A stretch of DNA of 64,000 nucleotides from Alphaproteobacteria bacterium (lineage in GTDB: Bacteria; Pseudomonadota; Alphaproteobacteria; UBA828): contig CAXXVO010000007.1 of assembly GCA_963422645.2 (NCBI GenBank), positions 128,001 to 192,000 of the forward strand, read 5' to 3'. The translations under genes and the position numbers were made by a program. Below the pieces are notes generated by a model. The model ran no database searches and was not told the DNA's origin. It saw nothing but the letters and a program-made list of their open reading frames with translations. Shown in pieces: positions 1-11,808 of the stretch (the first letter of the stretch is position 1; every line of letters starts with the position of its first letter).

Positions 1-8
1 TCGAGGCG

Positions 9-1421
9 ATGGGCGACGAGCTACTCATCACCGCGAGCCCCTATGGCATGCAGGCGGCGGCGGTCGCGGGCGGCAAACCCGTCGCGTTCTTCATCGAGTG
101 GTCCGCGAACCCGAGCCGCATCGGCGATCTGCACGTGGCGCGACCGCTCGGCCGGATGTCAGACATCGACGCCTGCATCGTCGATATCGGCGAGGGCGAG
201 GAGGCCTTCCTGCAAGGCGCACGGATCCTCCACGCCGACGGCGCGGCGCCGATCGTGCAGGTGGTCTGCGACGCCTACGAAGGCAAGCGCGCGCGGGTCA
301 CGCGCAAGCCGGCGCTGGCCGGCCGCTACGCCGTCTTCCGCCCCGGCGGGCGCGGGCTCAGCTACTCGCGCCGTCTGCGCGATCCGCAGGTCAAGTGTGC
401 GCTGGGCGCGGCGCTGGATCAGGCCGGGGCGCCCGGCGGCGCGCTGACGATCAGGAGCGCCGCTGCCGCTAACCCGGACGCGGTGCCGGCCTCCGCCACC
501 ACGTTGGCCGCGCGCTGGCAGGAGATCGAGGCCGCGGCGCGGCGTGACCGGACGCCCCGGCGCCTCTGGCACGCGGGCGGGCTGCTGGGCCGTCTGCTGC
601 GCGACGTGGCGGCGCCGGGAACCGCGTGCATCGCCATCGACGACCGCGCGGCGCTCGAGCGGGCCAGGGCGCTAGCGGGAAGCGAAGCGCCGGACCTCGC
701 ACCGGTGCTCTCGTTGGCCAGCGTGGACCCATCGGAGACCGCGCCCCTCTTCGAGCGGCACGATTGCGCCGGCCGGCTACAGGCGGCGCTGGAGCCGGAG
801 GTCGTGCTTCCCAGCGGCGCCCGGCTCACGATCGAGGAGACCCGCGCGCTCTGCGCGATCGACGTCGACACGAGCCAGGCCGCCGGGGCCGCCGCAGAGA
901 CCGCCGAGGCCGCGGGCCGCGAGATCGTCTTGCGCAACCTGAGCGGGCTGATCGCGATCGACTTCGCTGGCCGCGGCGGTGCCCGACGGCGAGAGGCGCA
1001 GATTGGGGCGCTGAAACGCGCGCTCGCGGCCGATCGGACTCCCCACCGCGTGCTCGGGGTCACTGCCGGCGGGGTGGTGGAGGTCAACCGCCAGCGTCTC
1101 GGCCCGAGCCTGCGTCAGGCGCTCACCGAGCCGGCCGCCGGCGCCTTCGGCGGCCGCAGGCTGCGGCTGGAGGCGGCGGCGCACGAGGCGGCCGACGCCG
1201 CCCGGCGCGAGGCGGCGAGCGGCGCGCGCGCTCTCACGCTCCGTGCCGCACCGGCGCTGCTGGACGCGCTCGCCCGGCCCGGCGAGGACGCGCTGGCACG
1301 CTGGCTCGGGATCCCGGTCACGCTTGTCTCCAACCCGGCGGAACCGCACGGCCGTTTCATGCTAGAGCGGGGCGGCGTGCCGGCCGCCGCAAGCCACAGA
1401 GGCAGATGCTCGACCCGCTGA
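9..1421 (+). CDS. Ribonuclease E/G family protein (RNase G-like)
   Basis: S1-like N-terminus (IGDLHVARP..ACIVDIG); catalytic-type motifs IDVDT and LRNLSGLIAIDF; PSGARLTIEET. Confidence 0.85.
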   Translation: MGDELLITASPYGMQAAAVAGGKPVAFFIEWSANPSRIGDLHVARPLGRMSDIDACIVDIGEGEEAFLQGARILHADGAAPIVQVVCDAYEGKRARVTRKPALAGRYAVFRPGGRGLSYSRRLRDPQVKCALGAALDQAGAPGGALTIRSAAAANPDAVPASATTLAARWQEIEAAARRDRTPRRLWHAGGLLGRLLRDVAAPGTACIAIDDRAALERARALAGSEAPDLAPVLSLASVDPSETAPLFERHDCAGRLQAALEPEVVLPSGARLTIEETRALCAIDVDTSQAAGAAAETAEAAGREIVLRNLSGLIAIDFAGRGGARRREAQIGALKRALAADRTPHRVLGVTAGGVVEVNRQRLGPSLRQALTEPAAGAFGGRRLRLEAAAHEAADAARREAASGARALTLRAAPALLDALARPGEDALARWLGIPVTLVSNPAEPHGRFMLERGGVPAAASHRGRCSTR

Positions 1422-2371
1422 CCCATATCCAGCTCGTCGGCGGGTTCATTCTGCTCTTCGTGGGCGGTGAGGCGCTGGTGCGGGGCTCGGTCTCGCTTGC
1501 CCGGCGGCTGCACGTCTCGCCGCTGCTCATCGGGGCCACGGTCGTGGCCTTCGGCACCTCGATGCCGGAGCTGGTGGTCACCCTGCAGGCCGCGCTCAGG
1601 GGCTCGCCGGGCATCGCCTTCGGCAATGTGATCGGCAGCAACATTGCCAACCTGCTTCTCATCTTCGGCCTCGCCGTCGCGATCACGCCGGTCATGGTCT
1701 CGCGGCAGGCGGCGGCGCGGGACGGCGCGACGCTGATCGGGGCCACGGCGCTGCTCGTCGTCTTCGTCTCGTTCGGCACGGTCGTCGCCTGGCAGGGCGC
1801 GCTGATGCTGGTCGTGCTCGGCGTGCTCACCGCCGCCTCCTACTGGCACGAGCGCCGGCTCGTCGGCGCGGCGGGCAGCCGCCACGGCCAGGAGGCCGAG
1901 GAACGCCAGCATCTGCCGAAATCGATCTGGCTTGCCGTGCTCGCCGCGTTACTCGGGCTCGCCGGCGTCAGCATCGGCGCCCATCTGATGGTCGGCGCCG
2001 CCACGATTATCGCGCGCGGCCTCGGGATCACCGAGACCGTGATCGGCATCACCGTGGTAGCGGTCGGCACCTCGCTGCCCGAGCTCGCGACTACCGTGGT
2101 CGCGGCCTACCGCAAGCACGCCGAGGTCGCGATCGGCAACGTGCTCGGCTCCAGCGTGTTCAACATCCTGGCGATCCTGGGCGTCGTGACCGTGGTGACG
2201 CCGCTGCCGGTGCCCGAAGAGATCATGCACCTCGACATCTGGGTGCTGGCGGGGGTCACGGGCTTGGTGATGGCGGCGATGCTCTCGGGCATCCGGCTGG
2301 GACGGCCCATCGGTGTGCTCCTGCTGCTTGGCTACGCCGCATTTACGGCGGTGCAATATCTCGCAGTTTGA
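1406..2371 (+). CDS. Calcium/sodium antiporter (YrbG/CaCA family)
   Basis: Two alpha-repeats GTSMPE...GNVIGSNIAN and GTSLPE...GNVLGSSVFN, multiple TM helices; ATG at 1406 in frame with the ORF-track 626..2371. Confidence 0.9.
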   Translation: MLDPLTHIQLVGGFILLFVGGEALVRGSVSLARRLHVSPLLIGATVVAFGTSMPELVVTLQAALRGSPGIAFGNVIGSNIANLLLIFGLAVAITPVMVSRQAAARDGATLIGATALLVVFVSFGTVVAWQGALMLVVLGVLTAASYWHERRLVGAAGSRHGQEAEERQHLPKSIWLAVLAALLGLAGVSIGAHLMVGAATIIARGLGITETVIGITVVAVGTSLPELATTVVAAYRKHAEVAIGNVLGSSVFNILAILGVVTVVTPLPVPEEIMHLDIWVLAGVTGLVMAAMLSGIRLGRPIGVLLLLGYAAFTAVQYLAV

Positions 2372-2447
2372 CGGTATCCATGACCGCTGCCGCCGCGTAG
2401 ACAGCCGCCGCCCCGTGTCCTATACACACGCGCACATGCCGGCCTAA

Positions 2448-2523
<76 letters not shown>

Positions 2524-2573
2524 GCGCTGCCTGCCCACGGCGGCGGGCAGCGCGGACGAGGTAGGGACGGACG

Positions 2574-4268
<1,695 letters not shown>

Positions 4269-4307
4269 GGCGCTGCCCCGCGCCCGGTCGCAACGACGGA
4301 GGGCCCC

Positions 4308-4712
4308 ATGGCCAAGTTCACCCACATCAATCCGGACAACGTGCCGGACTATCTGACCTACGGCCTCAGCCACGCGGTGGTGGCCGAGGGCGGCAAGACC
4401 GTCTATCTCTCGGGCCAGGTCGGCTGGAACGCGAAGAGCGAGTCGGTGGGGCCGGACCTCGCGGCCCAGCTCGCGCAGGCGCACGAGAATATCCGCCGCG
4501 TGCTCGCCGAAGCCGGCGGGACGGTGGCCGACATCGTCCGCCTCAACACCTACGTCGCGAACTACCGTTTCGAGGAGGGCGAGGTGGTGAACGCCGCCAA
4601 CAGGAAGCTCTTCGAGGGCCTGACGCCGCCCTCGATGACGCTGATGGGCGTCCAGGCCCTCTATTCGCCCGATGTCCGCTGCGAGGTGGAGGCGACCGCA
4701 GTCATCGGCTGA
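4308..4712 (+). CDS. RidA/YjgF family protein
   Basis: SHAV..VYLSGQVG..QAHENI..CEVEATA; RBS GGAGG upstream. Confidence 0.85.
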   Translation: MAKFTHINPDNVPDYLTYGLSHAVVAEGGKTVYLSGQVGWNAKSESVGPDLAAQLAQAHENIRRVLAEAGGTVADIVRLNTYVANYRFEEGEVVNAANRKLFEGLTPPSMTLMGVQALYSPDVRCEVEATAVIG

Positions 4713-4817
4713 GGCCCCGGACCATGGTGCGATGCACAGCACGCGGCGCGTGCGCCATCATCGCGCCATGAAGGACGAGAGCGAGCGCCTAGCCGCGGGC
4801 GGAGACAAGATAGGCGA

Positions 4818-4925
4818 CCCCTCCTCACCCCGGCCCTCTCCTCCCCAGGGAGGAGAGGGAGAATATGCCGGTGCCGTCTACGTTCCCCCTCCGCTTTCGG
4901 GGGAGGGGGACAGGGGGAGGTGGGG
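4818..4925. repeat. Inverted pair of REP/RIME-like palindromes
   Basis: Hairpin CCCTCTCCTCC-ccag-GGAGGAGAGGG (4834-4859) preceded by CCCCTCCTCACCCC; a related copy in opposite orientation at 4884-4925; lies between convergent genes. Confidence 0.6.
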
Positions 4926-5079
4926 AATTTCGTGTGCAGCCTCGCCACCGTCGTCGACGCCGGCCGTCGTCTGCCCGCGGAATTTCATCCCTCCTGTCCT
5001 GCTCAATCCCGGCGAATCCCGGCAATAATTTTGAATAGCCGTCCCGTGTGCCCGCGCGGCGCTGGCCGTGACTGCGGCG

Positions 5080-5117
5080 AAAAAAGGGGCGCCGCCCGAG
5101 TTGGGAGACGCCCCCTT
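5080..5117 (-). terminator. Rho-independent terminator of the amidase gene
   Basis: GC-rich hairpin AAGGGGCG...CGCCCCCTT with A6 on the + strand (U tract on the - strand), just downstream of the amidase stop. Confidence 0.65.
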
Positions 5118-5155
5118 GAGAATCGCGGCCGGCGGGGCCGGCAGCCCGGTACGGG

Positions 5156-6691
5156 CTATACGGTCGACACCGTGTAGACGCCCAGGCTCTCGAAGGCGCC
5201 GGCGGCCTGGATCACGGTCGCGTCGTCGTAGCGCTTGCCGATCAGCATCAAGCCGATGGGCGAATCGTCGGCCTTGCCGCAGGGCACCGTCATGGCCGGG
5301 TGCCCCGAGGCGTCGAAGGGGCTGGTGTTGGCCAGCATGTTCAACGCGGTATCGACATATTCCTCGCGCGAGCAGTCCGGCTCCGGCAGCTTGGTCGCGA
5401 GCATGGGCAACGTCGGCATCGCCAGCACGTCGTACTCCGCCAGCGAGGCGTCGTAGGTCTCGCGCAGCCTGCGGCTCAAGTTCTGCGCCTTGGCGTAGTA
5501 GCGGCCGTGGTAGTTCTTGTGCATGTACTCGCCGAGCATCATGACCATCTTCACGGTCTCGGAGAGATCGTCCGGCCGCGAGCGCCAACCGCGCGCATAG
5601 GCGTCGATCAGGGAGGTGACGTAGTAGCCTTCCCAATTGGTGCCGAAGCCGTTGCCCTTCAGCATGAGCGCGGTCGCGCCCTCGACCGCGATGCCGTTCC
5701 AGATGTGCTGCCCGTCCAGGTGCATGGGGATCGAAATCTCGTCGACGGTAGCGCCGAGCTCCGTGAAGCGCTGGACTGTGTCGCGCACGCAGCTGTCCAC
5801 GGCGTCCTCGCTCTCGGGATGGCCGAAGCCTTCCTTCACGACGCCGATCTTCATGCCGTCGGCGCCCTTGTCCACGGCGCTCGTGTAGCGCTGGGTCTTG
5901 GTGCCGATCTGGCGCGGGTCCTGCCCGTCCGGGCCGGCGATGACCTGGAGCAGGGCCGCCACGTCGCTCACCGAGCGTGCCATCGGGCCGGTGTGGTCGA
6001 GGGTCTGCTCGATGGGGAAGATTCCGGTGTAGGGAACCAGCCCGTGCGTGGGCTTGTGCCCGTAGATGCCGCTCCAGCAGGCCGGCATGCGGATCGAGCC
6101 GCCCTGGTCGCCGCCCAGCGCCATGTCGGCCTCGCCAGTGAGCACCAGCACGCCGCTGCCGGCGGACGAGCCGCCGCAGGTGTAGCCCCTCTTGTGCGGG
6201 TTATCGACCATGCCGGTGGCGGTGGTGGCGCTGCCGCCGTCGAAGCAGAGGTAGGTGTTGGCGGCCTTGCCGACGATGGTGCCGCCGGCATCGAGGATCC
6301 GGGTCACCACGGTCGCGTCGACGTCGGGCACGTAGCCCTCGAGCACCGTCGCCCCGTTCATCATGGGCACGCCGGTGAGGCAGATATTGTCCTTGAGCGC
6401 GACCTTCTTGCCCCTGAGCGGCCCTCTGCCCGCGCCCTTGACCTCGGACTTCCAATACCAGGCGTTGTAGGGGTTTTCTTCCGGCGGCGGCCGGTAGCCG
6501 GGACTGCGCGGGTACTTGACGGGGAGCTTCGGCTCGTCGAGATCGTCGAGCCGGTGGTAGGAGGCGATCGTGCCCGCCATGAGGCCGCGGAACGATTCCG
6601 CATCCTCGACTGTGATCGTCATGCCGTAGCCCTCGGCGATGTCGAGGACCTCCTCGATCGTCGGTGTGCGTACCGTCGGAAACTTGGCCAT
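5156..6691 (-). CDS. Amidase (amidase signature family)
   Basis: VALKDN, GGSSAGS, GGDQGGSIRMPA (Ser-cisSer-Lys triad); ATG at 6691 with GGAGGG RBS. Confidence 0.92.
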   Translation of the reverse strand: MAKFPTVRTPTIEEVLDIAEGYGMTITVEDAESFRGLMAGTIASYHRLDDLDEPKLPVKYPRSPGYRPPPEENPYNAWYWKSEVKGAGRGPLRGKKVALKDNICLTGVPMMNGATVLEGYVPDVDATVVTRILDAGGTIVGKAANTYLCFDGGSATTATGMVDNPHKRGYTCGGSSAGSGVLVLTGEADMALGGDQGGSIRMPACWSGIYGHKPTHGLVPYTGIFPIEQTLDHTGPMARSVSDVAALLQVIAGPDGQDPRQIGTKTQRYTSAVDKGADGMKIGVVKEGFGHPESEDAVDSCVRDTVQRFTELGATVDEISIPMHLDGQHIWNGIAVEGATALMLKGNGFGTNWEGYYVTSLIDAYARGWRSRPDDLSETVKMVMMLGEYMHKNYHGRYYAKAQNLSRRLRETYDASLAEYDVLAMPTLPMLATKLPEPDCSREEYVDTALNMLANTSPFDASGHPAMTVPCGKADDSPIGLMLIGKRYDDATVIQAAGAFESLGVYTVSTV

Positions 6692-6899
6692 CGATTTTCC
6701 CTCCCTTCGTTGCCGCGCCGACGGCGAGCGCCGCCGTCCCTGCCGGAGCGCCACATATACCGAAGGCACGCGCGCCGGAACAGAGTTGCTGGGCTCGCGC
6801 GCAGCCGGCGCGGGCCGGTGGCTGCCAGGGCGCGCTTGCCAGGCGCTCTGTTGCACCGCACAATCCGCCGCTCTCAACACCGAAGGAGGAAATTCGATC

Positions 6900-7364
6900 A
6901 TGGTGCACACGGCCGACGCGGCCCCGGGCGACGCCCAATTCGGTTATTTCTTCGAGGACCTGAAGATTGGCATGAGCGCGGAATACGGGCGCATTATCAA
7001 CGACGAGGAGATGCGGCTCTTCGCCGATCTGACGGGCGACACCAATCCGCTCCACTTCGACGACGACTTCGCCGAGCAGTCGCGCTTCGGCGGCCGGATC
7101 GTCCACGGCATGTGCACCGCAGCATTGATCTCCACGGTCATCGGCACCCGGATGCCGGGGCCGGGCTGCATCTACTTGTCGCAGTCTCTCCGCTTCACCG
7201 CACCGGTCAGGCCCGGCGACGAGGTGGTGGCTCGGGCCGTGGTGGACCGCCTGATCCCGGAGCGCCAGCGCGTCGAGTTCGAGACCACGTGCTCCGTGGG
7301 CGAGCAGACCGTGCTTTCCGGCCGCGCACTCGCTCAGGTTCCCTCCCGGGGAGGCCCCGCGTAG
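6900..7364 (+). CDS. MaoC-family (R)-enoyl-CoA hydratase/dehydratase
   Basis: FADLTGDTNPLH...RIVHGM..PGPGCIYLSQSLRFTAPV; RBS AAGGAGG. Confidence 0.88.
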   Translation: MVHTADAAPGDAQFGYFFEDLKIGMSAEYGRIINDEEMRLFADLTGDTNPLHFDDDFAEQSRFGGRIVHGMCTAALISTVIGTRMPGPGCIYLSQSLRFTAPVRPGDEVVARAVVDRLIPERQRVEFETTCSVGEQTVLSGRALAQVPSRGGPA

Positions 7365-7660
7365 CCGCCGGAGCAGCCCACCTACTCCTGCTCTACCCGG
7401 CCTTGTGGCGGCGCGCCCCTCTCACCATCTCAGGTTGAGAGGACAATAGAAGGGCACGGCAGATGACGGCACGGCGGCAATCACAAGAGATGCCTGGACG
7501 GCGTCCGCCGACTGCCGTGTTCGTTCAGGCTATCCCTGGCGGGCCCGCGCCCACACAAAGCCGAGCAAATGGCGAAAACAGGGGACATTGAGCGCGCGCG
7601 GTCTTTCAGCGGGGATCGGGGCCTGATCCGCTCGGATTTGTTGAGGTTTTGGGGCGGGTG

Positions 7661-7695
7661 CCCCTCGGCGAACTTGCAAGAAGTTCGCCGGGGGG
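7661..7695 (+). promoter_or_regulatory. Hairpin upstream of the transposon operon (operator or attenuator-like)
   Basis: CGGCGAACTT-gcaag-AAGTTCGCCG perfect 10-bp stem extended by C/G runs and followed by CTTTG. Confidence 0.35.
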
Positions 7696-7738
7696 CTTTG
7701 TCTCGTGGTGACGGTCACAATCGCCAGAGACGGCCCCA

Positions 7739-8356
7739 ATGTCGCACAACATTTTCCGCCACTCCATGCTTTGCAACGCCCTGGTCTGGGCCTGGCTGCG
7801 CGAGGTCGATGAGGCCGAGGCGGCGCGCTGCCGCGAGGCGGGCTGCCGACACTGCCCCGGCAAGCTGCACAGCGCGACGTATCCGCGCAAGCCGTACGGT
7901 CTGGCAGCCGAGTTGAGGGAAGAGGGCACGCGGCGGTTCAGCTTCTGCTGCGCGGATTGCCGCCTGCGAGCGACCCCACCATCGGTACGATTCTTCGGGC
8001 GCCGCTTTTATCTGGGCGCCCTGTTCGTTCTGTTGAGTGCACTGGTTCTGAGAGGCGGGGTGCGGTTGCAGACGATCAAGCGGAAGTGGGGGGTCTCGGT
8101 CGCCACACTGCGCCGCTGGCGGAAGTGGTGGCTGGAGGCGTTCCCGGCGACGGAGCCCTGGGGAGCGAAGCGTGGCGAACTGGTGATGCCACCCGAGGAG
8201 GTGCCGCTGCTCTTCGTGCTGCGGCAGATGCGGGGCGGACGCTTCGGTGAGCGTCTGTTCCTGAGCCTGATCTGGTTCAAGCCGTGGACGGGCTATTGCG
8301 GGCTCGGCGATGGCTCGGCGCCGCCCGCAGAAAGTGTTCCTGTCACGCCCGGATAG
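7739..8356 (+). CDS. Transposon-associated Cys-rich (putative Zn-finger) and HTH protein
   Basis: CRHC...CCADC pairs and HTH-like GVSVATLRRWRKWW; directly upstream of the transposase. Confidence 0.6.
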   Translation: MSHNIFRHSMLCNALVWAWLREVDEAEAARCREAGCRHCPGKLHSATYPRKPYGLAAELREEGTRRFSFCCADCRLRATPPSVRFFGRRFYLGALFVLLSALVLRGGVRLQTIKRKWGVSVATLRRWRKWWLEAFPATEPWGAKRGELVMPPEEVPLLFVLRQMRGGRFGERLFLSLIWFKPWTGYCGLGDGSAPPAESVPVTPG

Positions 8357-8405
8357 GGCGTTCTACATGGGCATCTCTCCGATGCGGCGAGGGAGGGATG
8401 CCGGA

Positions 8406-9881
8406 ATGGACAAGGACGACGCAGGCGCCAGGCGCGAGAAGTGGGCCCGGCTGCGCTTTGCGGTGGTGGGGCCGCTTCTGGCTTCACCGCCGCCTGCAGG
8501 CCAGCTGGGGGCCGAGTTCGAGCGTCTGTCGCAGCGCGACTGGGAGCACCCGTCGGGCAAGGGGCCGGTGCGCTTTGCGGCCTCGACGATCGAGCGCTGG
8601 TACTACCGGGCGCGGGCAGAGGAGCAGGACCCGGTCAAGGCGCTGCGCCGGAAGCCTCGGACCGACGTCGGCCGCGAGCGGTCCATGTCGGCGGGGCTGA
8701 TCGCGGCGCTGCGCGAGCAGTACCGGGTCCATCCCTCGTGGGCGGCGCAGCTCCACTACGAGACCCTCAAGGCTCATGTTGCGACCCATCCCGAGCTCGG
8801 CCCGATGCCGTCCTACGCGACGCTGACGCGGGCGATGCGCAATCGCGGCCTGGTGCGCGAGCGCCCCAGGAAGTGGCACGAGGGTGAGGACAAGCCGGCG
8901 GTCGAAGCCCGCGAGGTCCTTAGCTACGAGGTGTCTCGCAGTCACGCGCTGTGGCACGGGGACTTCCACCACGGCAAGCGCCGCGTGCTGACGGCGTCGG
9001 GCGAATGGCAGACGCCCATCCTGCTCGGCTTCCTCGACGACCACTCCAGGCTTGGCTGCCACCTGCAGTGGTACCTGGAGGAGACCGCCGAGGTCTTCGT
9101 CCACGGGCTCTGTCAGGCCTTCATGAAGAGGGACTTGCCCAGGTCCCTGCTGACCGACAACGGCGGGCCGATGACGGCGGGCGAGGTCGAGGAGGGCTTG
9201 CACCGCCTCGGCATCGTGGGGGCCACGACACTCGCTTACAGCCCCCATCAAAATGGAAAAATCGAGTCGTTCTGGGGCACGGTCGAGGGCCGCCTGATGG
9301 CTCAGCTCGAAGGCGTCGACGCGCTCACCCTGAAGATGCTCAACGACGCCACCATAGCCTGGCTGGAGCAGGACTACCATCGGCGGGTGCACCGCGAGCT
9401 CGGCATGACGCCGCATGAACGCCTCGCCGGGAGCGTCAAGGCATCGAGGCCCTGCCCCGCCTCGGACGAGCTCAAGGCGGCCTTCCGCATCGCCAGGAAG
9501 CGCACGCTCAGGCGCTCGGACGGCACCGTCTCGGTCGAGGGCATCCGCTACCAGGTGCCACAGCCGTGGCGCCACCTGAGGACGCTCTGGGTCCGCTATG
9601 CGCGCTGGGACCTCAGCGGCGTCGATCTGGTGGAAGGCCGAAGCGGCGAGCGGCTGTGCACGCTGTACCCCCTCGACAAGCGCGGCAACGCCGATGGCGT
9701 CCGCCGTCCTGCGAGACCCGGCAGCGACCATGGCGGCGCCAGCGCGGGCGTCGGCGAACTTCCGCCGCTGCTCAAGGGCGTGCTCGACGCCCAGGCCGCA
9801 ACAGGCCTGCCGCCGGCCTGGGTACCCCATAACAAGACGCCCGGTCCGGGCGAGGACGACGATCAGGGAGATCCGTCATGA
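8406..9881 (+). CDS. DDE transposase (rve core; IS481/Mu/TnsB-like)
   Basis: LWHGDFH, FLDDHSR, LTDNG, NGKIESFW; Mu-transposase-C-like tail RRSDGTVSVEGIRY. Confidence 0.9.
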   Translation: MDKDDAGARREKWARLRFAVVGPLLASPPPAGQLGAEFERLSQRDWEHPSGKGPVRFAASTIERWYYRARAEEQDPVKALRRKPRTDVGRERSMSAGLIAALREQYRVHPSWAAQLHYETLKAHVATHPELGPMPSYATLTRAMRNRGLVRERPRKWHEGEDKPAVEAREVLSYEVSRSHALWHGDFHHGKRRVLTASGEWQTPILLGFLDDHSRLGCHLQWYLEETAEVFVHGLCQAFMKRDLPRSLLTDNGGPMTAGEVEEGLHRLGIVGATTLAYSPHQNGKIESFWGTVEGRLMAQLEGVDALTLKMLNDATIAWLEQDYHRRVHRELGMTPHERLAGSVKASRPCPASDELKAAFRIARKRTLRRSDGTVSVEGIRYQVPQPWRHLRTLWVRYARWDLSGVDLVEGRSGERLCTLYPLDKRGNADGVRRPARPGSDHGGASAGVGELPPLLKGVLDAQAATGLPPAWVPHNKTPGPGEDDDQGDPS

Positions 9882-10711
9882 ACCGCGAGCTGCTCACCTT
9901 CTACGGGCTCAAATGGAACCCCTTCGCCACCGACCTTCCGGTCGACAGCCTCATGGTGAGCCCCGCCGTCGACAGCTTCTGCCTCAGAATCGAGCATCAT
10001 CTTGTGCGCCAGGGCGGCTTCGCGTTGATCGCCGGCGAGCCCGGCACCGGAAAGAGCGTGGCGTTGCGCGTGCTCGCCGACCGCCTCGGCCGCTCGGACG
10101 GGCTCAGGGTCTGTGCCATCACCCACCCCTCTTCCAGGCTGTCCGACTTCTACCGCGAGATCGGCGGGATGTTCGGCGTCGACCTGATGTACAACAACCG
10201 CTGGGCCAGCTTCAAAAACCTGCGCGAGCGATGGCTCACCCATGTCGACGACACCCGCATGCGGCCCGTGGTGCTCATCGACGAGGCCCAGGAGCTGCTG
10301 CCCTCGGTGATCTCCGAGATCCGCCTGCTGGCGTCCACCGACTTCGACTCGCGCGCCATCCTCTCGGTCGTCTTCGCCGGCGACAGCCGCCTGATCGACA
10401 GGCTCCGCCAGCCCGACTTGCAGCCCATCGCCTCGCGCCTGCGCCAGCGCCTGGTCATGACCCAGGCAGACGCCGGCGACCTCGCGGCCCTGCTCGACCA
10501 TCTGGTCGAGCAGGCCGGCAATCCGGGCCTCATGAGCGCAGAGCTCAAGGACACCCTGGTCACCCACGCCGGCGGCAACCCCAGGGCGCTTACCGTCATG
10601 GGCGACATGCTGCTCGCCGCCGGCGCCGAGAAGAACCGCGAGGTTCTCGACGAGAAGCTCTTCATGGAGATCCTGGGCGAGCCCGCCAAGCCGAAGAGGG
10701 CACGGCGGTGA
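9878..10711 (+). CDS. ExeA/AAA_22-type ATPase (MuB/TnsC/IstB-like transposition helper)
   Basis: FYGLKWNPF, Walker A GEPGTGKS, Walker B VVLIDEAQ, GNPR; ATGA overlap with the transposase. Confidence 0.88.
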   Translation: MNRELLTFYGLKWNPFATDLPVDSLMVSPAVDSFCLRIEHHLVRQGGFALIAGEPGTGKSVALRVLADRLGRSDGLRVCAITHPSSRLSDFYREIGGMFGVDLMYNNRWASFKNLRERWLTHVDDTRMRPVVLIDEAQELLPSVISEIRLLASTDFDSRAILSVVFAGDSRLIDRLRQPDLQPIASRLRQRLVMTQADAGDLAALLDHLVEQAGNPGLMSAELKDTLVTHAGGNPRALTVMGDMLLAAGAEKNREVLDEKLFMEILGEPAKPKRARR

Positions 10712-11706
10712 AGGGCTTCCCGACACGGGCGCCGATGCAGCTCGAGGATCGCCCCCGGGCGCAACAGTGGATGGTGGACACGCTGTGGGCCGAGCAGGCC
10801 GTGGGCATCGTCGGCGGCGAGCCCAAGTGCGGCAAATCCCTGCTCGCGCTCGATCTCGCCGTCGCCGTGGCCACCGGCGTCCCATGCCTGCGCCACTACC
10901 GCCCCAGCGCAAGCGGCACCGTGCTGCTCTTCGCCGCCGAGGACGCCGGCCACAGGGTGCGCAAGCGTCTGCAGGGGATCGCCCGCGCCGCCGCCACCCC
11001 CTTCGACGAACTCGACATCGCCGTCATCGACGTGCCCACCCTGCGTCTCGACCAGCGCATCGACCGTCAGCGCCTGCAGGAGACCGTGGAGCGCATCGAA
11101 CCGCGCCTCCTGATCCTCGATCCCCTGGTCCGCCTGCACAGCGTCGACGAGAACGCCGTCGCAGAGATCGCCCCCATCCTCGGCTTCCTGCGCGAACTGC
11201 AGCGCCGCTTCGAAACCGCCGTCCTCCTCGTCCACCACGCCCGCAAGAGCGGCGGCACCCGGCCGGGGCAGGCCCTGCGCGGGAGCAGCGAGCTGCACGC
11301 TTGGGGTGACTCAAATCTGTACCTGCGCCGGCGCGACAAGAAGATCGTCATGACGGTCGAGCAGCGCGACGCCCGGGGCCTCAACGACATCGAGCTGGAA
11401 CTCGTCGACGGCGGACATGGGCCGGCCTTCCGTCTGCACCAGGACGCGGCAGATGAAGACAGGCACGAGCCCGCCACCGTCGAGCAGCGCGTCTTCAAGG
11501 CGATCGAGCAGGCCGAAAAGCCGCTCTCGAAAGCCCAGATCCGCTCACGCGCCGCTGCCCGCAACGCCACCGTCGTTGCCGCCATCGAGAGCCTCACCAG
11601 GGAGGGGCGCATCGAACGGGCGCCCAGGGGTGGCTATCGCCTCGCAGCCGCCGAGGCGCACCGGGAGCCGCAATCCCCTGCCGCCATCAACGGAAGTGCG
11701 GGATGA
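10708..11706 (+). CDS. RecA-family AAA_25 ATPase (RepA/DnaB-like helicase) with C-terminal wHTH
   Basis: GEPKCGKS, LFAAED, LLILDP, VDEN, LLVHHARK, LRGSS; GTG start overlaps the previous stop. Confidence 0.8.
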   Translation: MKGFPTRAPMQLEDRPRAQQWMVDTLWAEQAVGIVGGEPKCGKSLLALDLAVAVATGVPCLRHYRPSASGTVLLFAAEDAGHRVRKRLQGIARAAATPFDELDIAVIDVPTLRLDQRIDRQRLQETVERIEPRLLILDPLVRLHSVDENAVAEIAPILGFLRELQRRFETAVLLVHHARKSGGTRPGQALRGSSELHAWGDSNLYLRRRDKKIVMTVEQRDARGLNDIELELVDGGHGPAFRLHQDAADEDRHEPATVEQRVFKAIEQAEKPLSKAQIRSRAAARNATVVAAIESLTREGRIERAPRGGYRLAAAEAHREPQSPAAINGSAG

Positions 11707-11767
11707 GGCGTTCCCGTTCCCGTTCCCGGAACTCTTAAGCGTTGAAGGGTACAGGAACGGGAACGCC
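11707..11767. repeat. 14-bp inverted repeat with GTTCCC x3 (putative replication origin)
   Basis: GGCGTTCCCGTTCC (11707-11720) / GGAACGGGAACGCC (11754-11767); tandem GTTCCC at 11710-11727; AT-richer spacer. Confidence 0.6.
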
Positions 11768-11808
11768 GTCAGCCTCCCTTCCAAGCAGACCTTCGCCGGG
11801 ACCCGGCA

